Assembly: GCF_000372725.1 (NCBI RefSeq)
Contig: NW_005202428.1
Span: 2,469,791 to 2,533,790, forward strand
DNA from: Emiliania huxleyi CCMP1516
Lineage: Eukaryota
Length of the DNA stretch: 64,000 bases
Direction of reading: 5' to 3'
The notes beneath the pieces were generated by a model, which was not told where the DNA came from, made no database searches, and worked only from the letters and a program-made list of their open reading frames with translations. Shown in pieces: positions 36,447 through 46,900 of the stretch (the first letter of the stretch is position 1; each line of letters opens with the position of its first letter). Made by a program: the position numbers and the translations under genes.

Positions 36447-36674
36447 CTAACCCTAACCCTAACCCTAACCCTAACCCTAACCCTAACCCTAACCCTAACC
36501 CTAACCCTAGGTCAGCGTGTGGGGCTGAGTCTTAGTCGTCGGCGCTGTGGGGCCAGATCCCAGCGCAGAACCCTGCAACGCTGGCATATACAGACACAAC
36601 CAGACTAACCTGACCCTAACCCTAACCCTAACCCTAACCCTAACCCTCTAACCCTAATAACCCTAACCTAACCC
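36447..36674. repeat. Interstitial telomeric repeats (CCCTAA)n in two tracts (36447-36509, 36604-36674)
   Basis: About 10 perfect hexamers, then a more degenerate tract, separated by a duplicated ~90-bp spacer. Confidence 0.95.
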
Positions 36675-36890
36675 ACACCCCCCAACTCCACACCGCAAAT
36701 TTGAAAGATCTTGATGAAAATCAGGCCCGACTGCAAATTTCTTCAAAATTTTCGCAGGCGCTCCGCGCCTGCAGATTTTGAAATAAATTCGACAAAATTG
36801 GTACCTGGCCCAACGCGTCCTAGGCCGCGTCTCTCAAGACAACACAAGACTCAAGAGCAGTCTTGTTGTTGTCACAACACGCCGATCCCT

Positions 36891-38302
36891 TCACCCCTCA
36901 TTATCCACCTCTGAGAAGGGGGCCGCCACAGACCGAGGGTCGTAATGCAACAGCGGCACCGTCCTGTTGCTCTGCTCCGCCGCCGCCCACACTGCTCGGG
37001 CGAGCCTCACCGCCATTCCGCTCGCCCTGCTGTCGACAACGACCGCCCGCACGAAGCGCTGGAGCCCGTCGTCGCCGCTGTCCGCAATGTCGAGCACCAG
37101 CTCGTTGTGGCTGAGCGCGCACCAGCGTCCCTCGACGCACCGCTCCGCCTCCATTCCGTCGAGGCACCTACACGCACACACACGCGGAGCTCGACAGCGA
37201 GTCATCTAAACCGCCCCACTCCGGAAAGCACTTGGCCAGCTCATCCGGCTTGTAGGCGCGGGCGTCGCCCTCGAAGCCCCATGGCCGCGCCTCGCGCTGT
37301 GCGTAGTCGCGGTCCCCGCAGCCTGGAAAGCGTGCGGTCAGGAGGGGCGTTGGCCACGGTCCAAGGCTGACGGCAGAGGCTACACGCCGGCCTGGAGTGC
37401 AGCCGGCGCCGCCGCCAAATGTGCCGCAGTGGAGCTTCGTCGAGCCGGCATCGAAGGGATAGCAGCATCGTAATCGACCCCGCAGCACCTTGTGCGGTGG
37501 GGACGCAGGAGGCTAGCCGCTATGTCACGGTCACACGTCTCGGTCGACAGGGCCTCGCCTCGGCGTCGAGCAGCACGGCGGGCAGGTGTGTGTAGCCGGC
37601 CTCCGCGAGCAGCGGCACATTCGAGGCGTCGTAGAGGCCGGGAGAGCGAAGGCTGAGGAGGCTGCAGGAGAGGCGATCACCCCACGGATGGCTGCGGTCG
37701 GGCACGCCGAGAGTGTCCCACAGCGTGCGGGCGGGCGGCGGCAGGCCGCCAGGTGAACCGTTGAAGCCCGACATGTCAATCCCCTGTGAGAGTGGGTGAG
37801 GGCATGTGAGGAGCGAGGAGGGACAAGGTGCTGAATGATGTGTCTTAGAGCTCTCCTGGCCATCCAGCACGTGGGCCAGCACGCCCGCGGCGCCGCCCCA
37901 CTGACCATTCAGGATGGTGACGATGGTCGAGGATGTCGGTGGCGACGGCGGTGGCTGCGGTGGCGGTGACAGAGTTGTCGATGGAGGCGGCTGCGGCGGC
38001 AGACGCGATGGTAATGGAGGCGGCGGTGGTGGCAGAGGCGATGGTAATGGAGGCGGCGGTGGTGGCAGCGGTGGCAGCGATGGAGGCGACGGCAGCACAG
38101 GCGACGGCAGCGCAGCTAGCCACACGAACAGAGGTGTTGATGCAAGGAGCAGTGCGGCTGCGGCATATCCTCTCGAGCAAACAAGCCTGGGCTTGAGGTC
38201 GGTGTCTCCACTGCTGTCATCGAGCGGGACGATGCTGTGGCTCGCGTGCAGGTGCCTGAGCATACGCGCTTCGACGGGCGCTGTGGCGGTTTCCCTCGAC
38301 AC
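36891..38302 (-). CDS. Hypothetical Pro-rich single-pass membrane protein (multi-exon), copy 1
   Basis: TM segment YAAAALLLASTPLFVWLAAL and a poly-Pro stalk, followed by coding-like exons (SHPWGDRLSCSL; RCCYPFDAG; HNELVLD). Confidence 0.55.
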
Positions 38303-38569
38303 TCCCCGCTCATTTCACTCTCTGTCTACTGTCTGTGTCTTGTCCTGGGTGGATCTGTGTGTCGCTCCTGTGGGACCTTCACCGCCCGTCTTGCGTCCAC
38401 CCACATCGAGTGAGAGAGAGAGGGACACACAGATCCGCGCTGGTTGGTGTCCCAGTGCCAGTCCTCTTGGTCGGAAGACTGTGTTTCGCCTTCCTATCAA
38501 TCAAACTGTGTACAAAAGTCCGACGCCCAACCAGCCTTCGCTCTGTCCCCAATCTCTCATGACCCGGCT

Positions 38570-39258
38570 CTAATCCTTCTTCCCCATCGCGGCTGATTGC
38601 GCAGCGGACATAGCAGCCCCGCCTGCGTCCTTCACCTTGTCCATGACGCCGCCGAGGCTGTCGTCGATGGCCGCCTGATAAGGGAAGCAGGTGCAGGTGG
38701 AGAAGGCGCGATGAGAAGACTACACACGCTGTCGGGGCGGTATCTCCGCCCTCGTCTCTCTATGCATCGACCTGGTGCTTGAGCAGGATTGGCCGCAGCA
38801 TCTTGTAGACCAGCTGTGCGGGCAATGGGCCATGAGATGACGCGTGCACGGTATGCAGTCGTACGTGGTTGCACCCCGGAGTGCGGGGGGGGGGCTTGCG
38901 CTTGTGCTTTGGAGGTGTGCATGCAGCCGTACCTTTGCTCCGCCGAGAGCCAGGAAGACGACGGCTCCGAGCTTGATCTCGTTGTAGAAGGGGATGATGA
39001 ATAGGACCTGCCGAGGGTCAGCGCGAAATATGGCTGAGATGAGGCTAGAGGTCAGCCGACACGGCAAGATCCAACTCCACAAAGGGCAAGACCCACGTAG
39101 TCAGCGATGGACTCGATGAAAGCCAGGAGCGAGTACACAAACCAGAAAGTCAGCCATTTGGTGTCGTCGTCGCCCGCCTCGGACTCGAGCGCCTTGAAGG
39201 AGAGGTAGCCGCAGACGAGGAGAATGGCGTTGGTGATGAGGCCGCAGAACGGGATCAT
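38570..39258 (-). CDS. HVA22/REEP/YOP1 (TB2/DP1) family protein, copy 1
   Basis: [40 protein letters not shown] across 4 exons. Confidence 0.9.
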
Positions 39259-40112
39259 GCTGGCTCGTGGCAGGCGCTCGGCGAGTACCACCAGCGGCCG
39301 CGTAAAAACAGCTTGCGAATGCGGCCGTCCAATTTTAGTGTTTTTCAGGTTTTCATCATCACGTTAGTGCACCATTACTCATCTGGCTCTGAACGACTGC
39401 CAAAGGTGAGGTAGGAGTCCACGGTGCTCCCCCCATCTAGCACAGCATCTTGGTAGCTGTGCCTGTGCCCTGTGGCGCGAACAGACAGCTTCGTTCATTC
39501 AGCTTTTCTCGCCCGCCGTCTGCTGAGGGCGAGGCGCCGAGCTACGGTTCCAACGCTGCAGCACTCTCTCTCTATTCACAGTAGAGATGGCGACGCGTCC
39601 TTACGCGCGCGTCCTCCGTCCCCACCTAGCACCTTGCTCTCTGCTTCAACGTGCTGCCATGGAGCCAGCGCGCCTCGCGCCATGATTCAATCCGGATACA
39701 GCGCTCAGCAGGAGTCGGACGACCTTCGACGGCTCTGTATATGGTCTAAATGGAATATGGAAAGCGGGATAACCTTTCTACATATACCTATAGTGCATAG
39801 ACAGAGAGCGCGTGAGCCGTCGGGGCTGGGTGTGGGTAGCCTGTTCTGTAGATCTAAACTGTGTATATGTCACATGATGTATGTCGAGTGCAGAGTGAGT
39901 ATTTTTGGGGTTCATTCGTTTTCGTTAACGTTCTTTTTGTGCATTGTGGCCATTTCGGTTTTCGCATTCGTGTGAATTTCAATTTTGAAATCGACCGTTT
40001 CAAATCTCGAATAATCTCGTGGCAAGACGAGAGATCACAGGCACATGAGACCTTCGGTCGTGCCTCACAGACGCCCAAAACGCGGCCGCGGTGTCCACCC
40101 GTCCTCATCCGT

Positions 40113-40958
40113 TCATGAAGAGCCCACCGAAGCGCCGCCGCGGGAGTACCGCCCCCGCAGATACTCGACAATGTCGGCGCTCTCGGCCAGCTGCACGCCG
40201 CTATTTGGGTCGAGCAAGAAGGGGCATTGGCTCGACCCGCCCGTGAGTATTTTGAGCTCCTCGCGGCGCGGGCTGCCCTTGCCGGCGGAGCGGAGCTCGT
40301 ACGGCAGGTCGAGCTCGCAGAGCACCTGAAGGAGAAGGGAGTGGGATGCTACCAGCTGCGGGGAGAGGGCGGCGGTGGGGCAGCGTGCGGCCCGCGCCTC
40401 TCTCACAAGGCGGCAAAATTGGTTGCCCTCGTACGAGTAGAGGACGAGCGGCCGGTCGGGCGGGGCCGGCAGAGCAGACTTGTCGACCAGCCCCCCGCGG
40501 CCGAGGCGCAGCGCAGAGGCGACGAAGCCGGTGCCGACGCCCGGCACGTCCACGGTTGCGCCGTACTTTGCAATCAGGTGGCGGCAGATTTCTTCCGACT
40601 CAAAGAGCCGAGTATCGCCGTCGAGGAGGAAGGGCACCTGCACATTACTCCCGGCGGCGGCGGCGTACTCGGCGAGAGCGTCGCGGGAGCGAGAGCCGCG
40701 CGCGGACGGGACGAGGTTGACGACCATATCGAGCTCGGTTGCAACCTCTCGCACACGTCGGCAGAAGGGGCAGCCCTCCATGTCGTACAGCGTCGGCGGC
40801 GCTTGGTCTGTCTGGCCGCCGCGGCTGCCCTCAGTGACCGTCACACCTCGAGGCAGGCGTGCAATGGAGGCAAACCCGCTGGTGAGGGTGTCGAGAGGCG
40901 TGAGGTTCGGCACAAGGGCGGCAACAGCCGCAAAGGCAAAGGCTGGTGAGGGTGTCAT
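40113..40958 (-). CDS. Tandem GST-N/glutaredoxin-domain protein (plastid-type), copy 1
   Basis: LYDMEGCPFCRRVRE..QVPFLLD..LFESEEI and LYSYEGNQFCRLVRE..ELDLPY..CPFLLDPNSG..ESADIVEYL; one in-frame intron. Confidence 0.9.
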   Translation of the reverse strand: MTPSPAFAFAAVAALVPNLTPLDTLTSGFASIARLPRGVTVTEGSRGGQTDQAPPTLYDMEGCPFCRRVREVATELDMVVNLVPSARGSRSRDALAEYAAAAGSNVQVPFLLDGDTRLFESEEICRHLIAKYGATVDVPGVGTGFVASALRLGRGGLVDKSALPAPPDRPLVLYSYEGNQFCRLVREARAARCPTAALSPQLVASHSLLLQVLCELDLPYELRSAGKGSPRREELKILTGGSSQCPFLLDPNSGVQLAESADIVEYLRGRYSRGGASVGSS

Positions 40959-40980
40959 TGCACGTCTGCTATGGCAGGCA

Positions 40981-41154
40981 GGGTTCGGACTTTTTGCGGG
41001 GTATGGTATGTGCAAGAGCCGAGACAATTTCCCCCCCGCCTGATGACAGACCTACTTGGGGGTATGGTAGGGCTAGTCTTGGGCGGTCGGGACCAATGAT
41101 CCCCTCTTTGGGCCGCGAGGCTACCATACCATACCCCGGAAAAAGTTGGAACCC
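40981..41154. mobile_element. Small MITE-like element with imperfect 30-bp TIRs (second copy ~59848-60017; half copy ~4449-4483)
   Basis: GGGTTCGGACTTTTTGCGGGGTATGGTATG versus CATACCATACCCCGGAAAAAGTTGGAACCC. Confidence 0.6.
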
Positions 41155-41369
41155 GGTGCGGGAGAGAAGAAGAAGAATTCTAGGTCCCAAAGAATTGCAG
41201 AACAGCTGAGTCGACTCCCATCCTCCCATCCCTCCCTGGGTTCTCTGTTTTCTTTCTTCCCCCCCTCCCTTGGGTTCGCTGTTTTCTTTCTTGTATCCCT
41301 CCCTTGGGTTTTCTCTTCTCTTCTCTTCTCTTTCTTTCTTTAAAGGCTGAGTCGTCCCAAATCAGCAGT

Positions 41370-42134
41370 TCACCCTCGGGTATATGTTCGTAAGAACCAC
41401 ATACACTGAAAATCCTGCTCGCTGCAGGTGGAGCCCGCGCCGCTCTTATCGCAGAAGCCGAAGAGCTCCTCGCAGCGCTCGCGGCGTGGCAGTCCGAGGC
41501 CGCTCCGAGCGCATGCGCGCTCCACCGCGCGGAGCGTCTCTTCGATGTTCAACATCTGATCCCCGTCCGCGTCGTCCGCCGCGAACTCAGCGGCCGCGAT
41601 GCGCCGCCTCTCGTCTGGATTTGCCAGCAGCGCCCGCGCCCATTCGACGCCTGTCTGGTCGGCAAAGCCACCTCTGCCCTCATCGTCAAGGGAGGAGAAG
41701 CGGTTTGGGGACTCGACGGCGGGGGATTCAGGCGCATCTCTGCTCTTGACTGGACGGCGCGGCACCATCCAGCCCGGCTGAAGCTCTGGCCCTGTCTGCA
41801 GCAGCCGAGGCGGCGGCGGCGGCGGCAGCGACTGCTTCTCCACTGTCGCCGTCGGCGGCGCTTCGAGGTCTATCGCAGTAGAGTCACCGGGCATAGGTGC
41901 TCCTCGTGCTGCCGCGCCGCCCGTCTCACCCGACGCCGCTTCACCCTGGCCCCCGGAGAGTGACTCTCCGAGAAAGCAGCCGTTCCAACGGCAGACGAGG
42001 ATGAAGAGGAGGAAAAGCCCGTGGTACAGCACTTCGACGCGGTCGCCGAGGCTCAGTTTGAGACGTAGCGCGGCAAGGGACAGAAGGAGCGCAGCCGCCA
42101 TAGGCCAGCTGCCGCCGCGGCAGAGAGATGCCAT
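41370..42134 (-). CDS. EF-hand protein with N-terminal hydrophobic segments; 3' end uncertain
   Basis: FAADDADGDQMLNIEET and LFGFCDKSG EF-hand loops. Confidence 0.55.
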   Translation of the reverse strand: MASLCRGGSWPMAAALLLSLAALRLKLSLGDRVEVLYHGLFLLFILVCRWNGCFLGESLSGGQGEAASGETGGAAARGAPMPGDSTAIDLEAPPTATVEKQSLPPPPPPRLLQTGPELQPGWMVPRRPVKSRDAPESPAVESPNRFSSLDDEGRGGFADQTGVEWARALLANPDERRRIAAAEFAADDADGDQMLNIEETLRAVERACARSGLGLPRRERCEELFGFCDKSGAGSTCSEQDFQCMWFLRTYTRG

Positions 42135-42362
42135 GGCAATTGAGCGACGAGGCCGACGGTTTTGGTTGATCGCGAAAACGGACGTAAGTACCGCTCGTTT
42201 CATGGGCCGGCGGTACGTCAATGAATAATAAAGAATTAACGGTAAAGAATTAACGGCTACGTGCGGCTGCGGCTGCGAGAGGGGCTGCCGTCGATGACTA
42301 GCCACACCACCTCCTCCGGCAAGTCCTTTCGCCGCCAAAGCGCGTACGTACCGACCGGTATT

Positions 42363-42609
42363 ATGACGATCGGCCGTCGATCCCGAAGGGTCGTCGGTTG
42401 AGCTAGGGAGCCTGGCGATGGACGCCACCGCGACCCCTCGTGGCATCTCTCTCGCCGTCGGCGAGCCGGGGGCTCGCAGACGGCCGACTTTCTATATAAC
42501 CAGTAGGACAGCCGTGAGTGTGAATCGGATAAGGAGTTTGCGTCCGTCCACCGTCTTCGTGGACGTCTGTCCTCGTGACACCCACACCCCACACGGCCTG
42601 TTTTGCTTC
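42363..42609 (+). repeat. Split direct repeat A1 (247 bp)
   Basis: Appears identical to 51841-52087. Confidence 0.95.
42493..42499 (+). promoter_or_regulatory. Putative TATA box in repeat A
   Basis: TATATAA in an otherwise GC-rich repeat, ~270 bp upstream of the gag ATG. Confidence 0.4.
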
Positions 42610-42763
42610 TGTCGTACCGGTATCAGCCTCTCGTTAGAGCATCCGGGACGATCTTGCCATATCCATACCGCACGTGCCGGCTGCGCTCAGGGCTGCAGCA
42701 GCGCCGCTCAGGGCCACGCCGTCGCCAGGAGAGGCGGGCGGCCCGACAGGCAGCGCTTCCGGC

Positions 42764-43855
42764 ATGGTTCTGGCAGAGGTTTCGCCGTCCGGGGACGGCG
42801 GGGTGGCCGTGGGGACGGACGCGGACGCGGAGAAGATCGAGAAGTTGCTGCGATCGGAGCGGGGCGGGACGCGTCTGACAGCTGTCGGCATTGTCGACGA
42901 GAAGATTGGTGACGTCGCTTTTGAGCTGGCAGAAGACATCCCGTTCGCGGCGCTGGAGCAGCGCCTCCTCCACCCTGATGGGTGGGAGGCGCTGGCGGGG
43001 ACGCTGCTCGGGGAGCCCAGCGCGCGGGCTGGCTACCTCATCAAGAGGGACCTCCTCAAGACCTGGTGGCAGGATGCGACACCTGAGCAGCCTCCCACCA
43101 AGGCGGGCGCACCGACGCGCTCGGCGGGCGCCTCAGTAGTGGCGAGCTCGCAGCCGGCCGCGAAACCGGCGGCGATTCTGAGTGCCAAGTACGCCACCGA
43201 GCTCGAGGGGCAGGGACTCGACGAGCCGGGTGCGCTCGCCCTTAGCATTACCCTAGAAATCGGAGGGGTAGTGTCGGCAGAGGAGGCGTTGGCACTGGAC
43301 GGGGCAAAGTACGGCACGTCGCCTGGCCTGGTCAGCAAGGTACGGAAGATGCGGGAGGATGGAGCAAGCCTTTGCCAGGCCCTCAAAGGCGGACGCCGCG
43401 CAGTGCTCGAGCACTGCCGCCGTCTGGAGCAGGACTACATTGAACGGGGCATGCAGACAGAGGCCTCGCTGATGCTCAGCCTGCGGTCTGGACTCATGGA
43501 GTTCAATGACGAGAAGATCCTCCTCACCTACTTCCAGCGGTACCTCCGCAAGTACTCCGGGCGCGGCCTACCGAGCCTGCCCGTCGACAAGGAGCTCCGC
43601 GACGACGTCTTCCGCGAGCAGGAGAAGTCTACGGAGTCGCTCAAGAAGGAGATCGAGGACATCGGGAAGCGGCTCGCCAAGGCGGAGGCGGTGGCGGCAG
43701 AGGCCAAGGCCAAGGCGGCGGCGGCCGAGGAGGCGGCGAAGCGGACGGGCAAGTCCAACGTCAAGACCTGCTACTGGTGCGGCGAGGAGGGGCACGTCAA
43801 GCCTGATTGCCCCGTCTTCAAAGCCGATTTGCCGAAGGTCAAGAAGGGCAACTGA
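42764..43855 (+). CDS. gag: Gag-like ORF1 with coiled coil and CCHC zinc knuckle
   Basis: CYWCGEEGHVKPDC (Cx2Cx4Hx4C) at 43769-43810; first ATG at 42764. Confidence 0.9.
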   Translation: MVLAEVSPSGDGGVAVGTDADAEKIEKLLRSERGGTRLTAVGIVDEKIGDVAFELAEDIPFAALEQRLLHPDGWEALAGTLLGEPSARAGYLIKRDLLKTWWQDATPEQPPTKAGAPTRSAGASVVASSQPAAKPAAILSAKYATELEGQGLDEPGALALSITLEIGGVVSAEEALALDGAKYGTSPGLVSKVRKMREDGASLCQALKGGRRAVLEHCRRLEQDYIERGMQTEASLMLSLRSGLMEFNDEKILLTYFQRYLRKYSGRGLPSLPVDKELRDDVFREQEKSTESLKKEIEDIGKRLAKAEAVAAEAKAKAAAAEEAAKRTGKSNVKTCYWCGEEGHVKPDCPVFKADLPKVKKGN

Positions 43856-43954
43856 TGCCCTCGGGGCCTAGCCCCGCCGACCTGCCTCGCTCGCACCGCG
43901 TGACCCTCACGCACCGCGGGCGGGGCTCGGGACGGTGAGGCGCCCCACCGCGCC

Positions 43955-46900
43955 GTGGCTGCCCGGGCTTATGAAGAGAGAGCCGACGCCCGTAACAGGG
44001 TGGCTCCTTCTCTGATCCCCGCCCGGGCAGCCCGGCGTTTTTCTGTGTTTCCACCTCACAGAGGTGGTGGCGCCTCTCCTCCCCCACACCAGGGCGAGGC
44101 AGGCGTCTCCTCCCCTGGTTGTGGTCGTGTGTTTGGTGCGTCGTCTGTGGTAGTCGTTCGTCCCAGTGACAGAGTTTTGGAGTCAGCGCTGAGTCCGGTT
44201 GTCTCAACTCGTACTGTGGACGATGGTCCGGCCCCGGCGGAAGCCGAGGGCGAGGAGGAGAATCGGCGGGCGAATATCGACTGGGCGGGCTGCCCAGCCA
44301 TCGCCGACTCGGCCCCGCCGAAACGGCCAGCCCTCTCTCAGCTCGTTTTGGGATGCAGTCAGCTCCACGCACCTCGAGGCGTCGCGAGCCGGCCACCGGC
44401 CGCGCCGCCCCCCAGCGGTGTGGCGGGCATCTCAGCCACGAGTGGCGAGCGGGCAGACGAGGAGGCAATCGGCGACGGCGGGAGCCGCCGCCTTCAAGAG
44501 CAGAGCGCGTGGGCCGGGATCGGCCTCGCCGCCGACGAGAGAGCCGTGGCAGCTGCTGGGCTCATTTTGTCGCAGTGGCGGCGCTCGGTGACGCTCCGGA
44601 CGGAGCGGGTTGGTGCGCTCCGGACGGAGCGTGGGGGAGCCGGACGGCTCCTGGATCGGGCAGCCGGACGGCTGCCAGGTGACTGCGCGCTGGCCGGGAT
44701 CGGCCTCGCCGCCGACGAGAGAGCCGTGGCTGCCGCTGGGCTCATCCGTTCCCGGTGGCAGCGCTGGGTGTTGCTCCGGACGGAGCGAGCTGAGGCGCTC
44801 CGGACGGGGCGTGGGGGAGCCGGACGGCTCCCAAATCGGGCAGCCGGACGGCTGCCAGGTGACTGCGCGCTGGCCGGGATCGGCCTCGCCGCCGACGAGA
44901 GAGCCGTAGCAGCCGCTGGGCTCATCCGTTCCCGGTGGCAGCGCTGGATGACGCTCCGAACGGAGCGAGCTGAGGCGCTCCGGACGGGGCGGGGGGGAGC
45001 CGGACGGCTCCCAGATCGGGCAGCCGGACGGCCGCCAGGCGACTCCATGAGTGCGGAAGCGTGGGCCAGAGGCGGCGCGAGCTTCGCCGACGTCGACCGA
45101 CCAGAGCTGGACAGCGTGGTGCGCGCTCGCGCCGCCGGGCTCCTGCAACGACGCTGGAGGAGCAGAGGGCCGCCCGGGACCGGGCGGGCGCCCGGGATCG
45201 GTTGCGGCAGGGAGCGCCCCCTCGCGGAGCCGCTCCCGACATGGGTGACTCGCCTCGTCGTCTCCGCCCAACGTCGATGGCGGCGAGGCCGCCTCACGAG
45301 CATCGAGGTCGGCTGGGATCGACGGCGAGCCCACGCGCTCGGCGCTCTCGAGGCGCATGTGCGCTTCATGCAGCACGTCGTACGATCCTCCATCCGCCTC
45401 GGCCGATGGCGGCGCGGCGGCATGAGAGGAGTCCCCCTCGCGCTTCGTTGGTTGCGTCGTGAACGTCCGCCGTCGTGTGGTGGAGGGCGCAACCTTGCCT
45501 CGGACGAGGATTTTGCGGCTCAGCGTGCCCTCGCCGAAGAGTGGATGGGCTGGTACGACAACTATGTCGCCATCCTCAGGCGGCTTCAGTCGGGCGAGAC
45601 CCCGGGCATTCTCGAGCTCTTCTGCGGCAGCGGCGGCGGCAGCGAAGGCACGAGGAGGTCTGGTGGACGCAGCCACGGTGTCGACCTCTACGACATGCCC
45701 GAGTACATCGACAGATTCGGGCCGGAGGCCTTCACGCGGGGCGACGCGATCGACCACGCTCTCATCGGCTTCTTGCGGCACCAACACCGGGCTCTAGCTG
45801 CGTTCGCCTCCCCCCCGTGCAAGGAGTATAGCACGGCGAGGGACGCGCGAACGCCGGCGAAGCAGCCCGGGCTCATCGACCACACTCGGGACATGCTGCG
45901 CGGGCAGTTCAAGTACTGGTCTATCGAGAACGTGGCCGGGGCGCGCAAGGCCATGAAGGACGCGGTCGAGCTGCGAGGCTCCCTCTTCGGTCTCAAAGTG
46001 GCAAGGCCTCGGCTCTTCGAGTCGAGCTTCGAGCTGGTCGTCGACAGAGCCGTCGCCGAGCCCGCCGCACGGCTCGCCAAGCGGTGCTGCCTCGGGCAGC
46101 GGCGCAGGTGGCGCAGAAGGGACTCGTTCGGCCGGCCCGTGGGGCCGTGCTGCGGGGGCAACATATTCTCGCCCCTAGGGGAGCATCCGATGCGGTGCTC
46201 GGTCGAGCAGTGCGCAGACGCGATGGGGATCGACGTGGGGCACATGTCGTACCCGCGGCTCGCTCAGTCCATCCCTCCCGACTACAACCGGCTCCGCTAC
46301 GCGCAGTGCTGCGCTGCGATAGCCAAGGATCGGTTCGGCGTGCCCTTCATCTCCTTCGACGAGATGCGACGGCGGCCCGCTTGGGCAAAACGTGAGATCG
46401 CCCGCTGGCTCCGTGGCGCCGGCGACGCCGAGCCTGCCGCTGCTCTCGAGTGGCAGGGTAGGGCGGCGGCGCCGGAGCGCGCAGAGGCGCCTCAGACGGC
46501 ACCGGCTGGAGCCGGCTGCGACGGTGAGCGGACATTCACAGACGAGGAGCTCGTCTTCCGCGAGCTCTTCTACTCATATGTCGGCGGCTTCGACCAGCAG
46601 CGCGTTGACGGCGAGGTCAAGGCGGGCTGGCTCGACGAGCTGCTGCCGAATCGACGTCTCGATCGGCTCGAGGCGGGCTCTCTCACCGGGCACAACACGT
46701 ACCTGGACGTGCCCGGCCCGGAGCTGGAGGCGGCGTGGCCGGCCATCGAGGCCGCGCTGGCCGCCCCGGCCACCTCGGTCGTGGTGAGAGTCGACCGCGA
46801 CGTCGCCGAGCGATGGCGAGAGCGGGGCTTCTCTCCCCCCGACGTGCCGGCGAGTTACTGGCGGGGCGGCGCTCCCTCGCCGGGTCTCGCCTCTCGCCCG

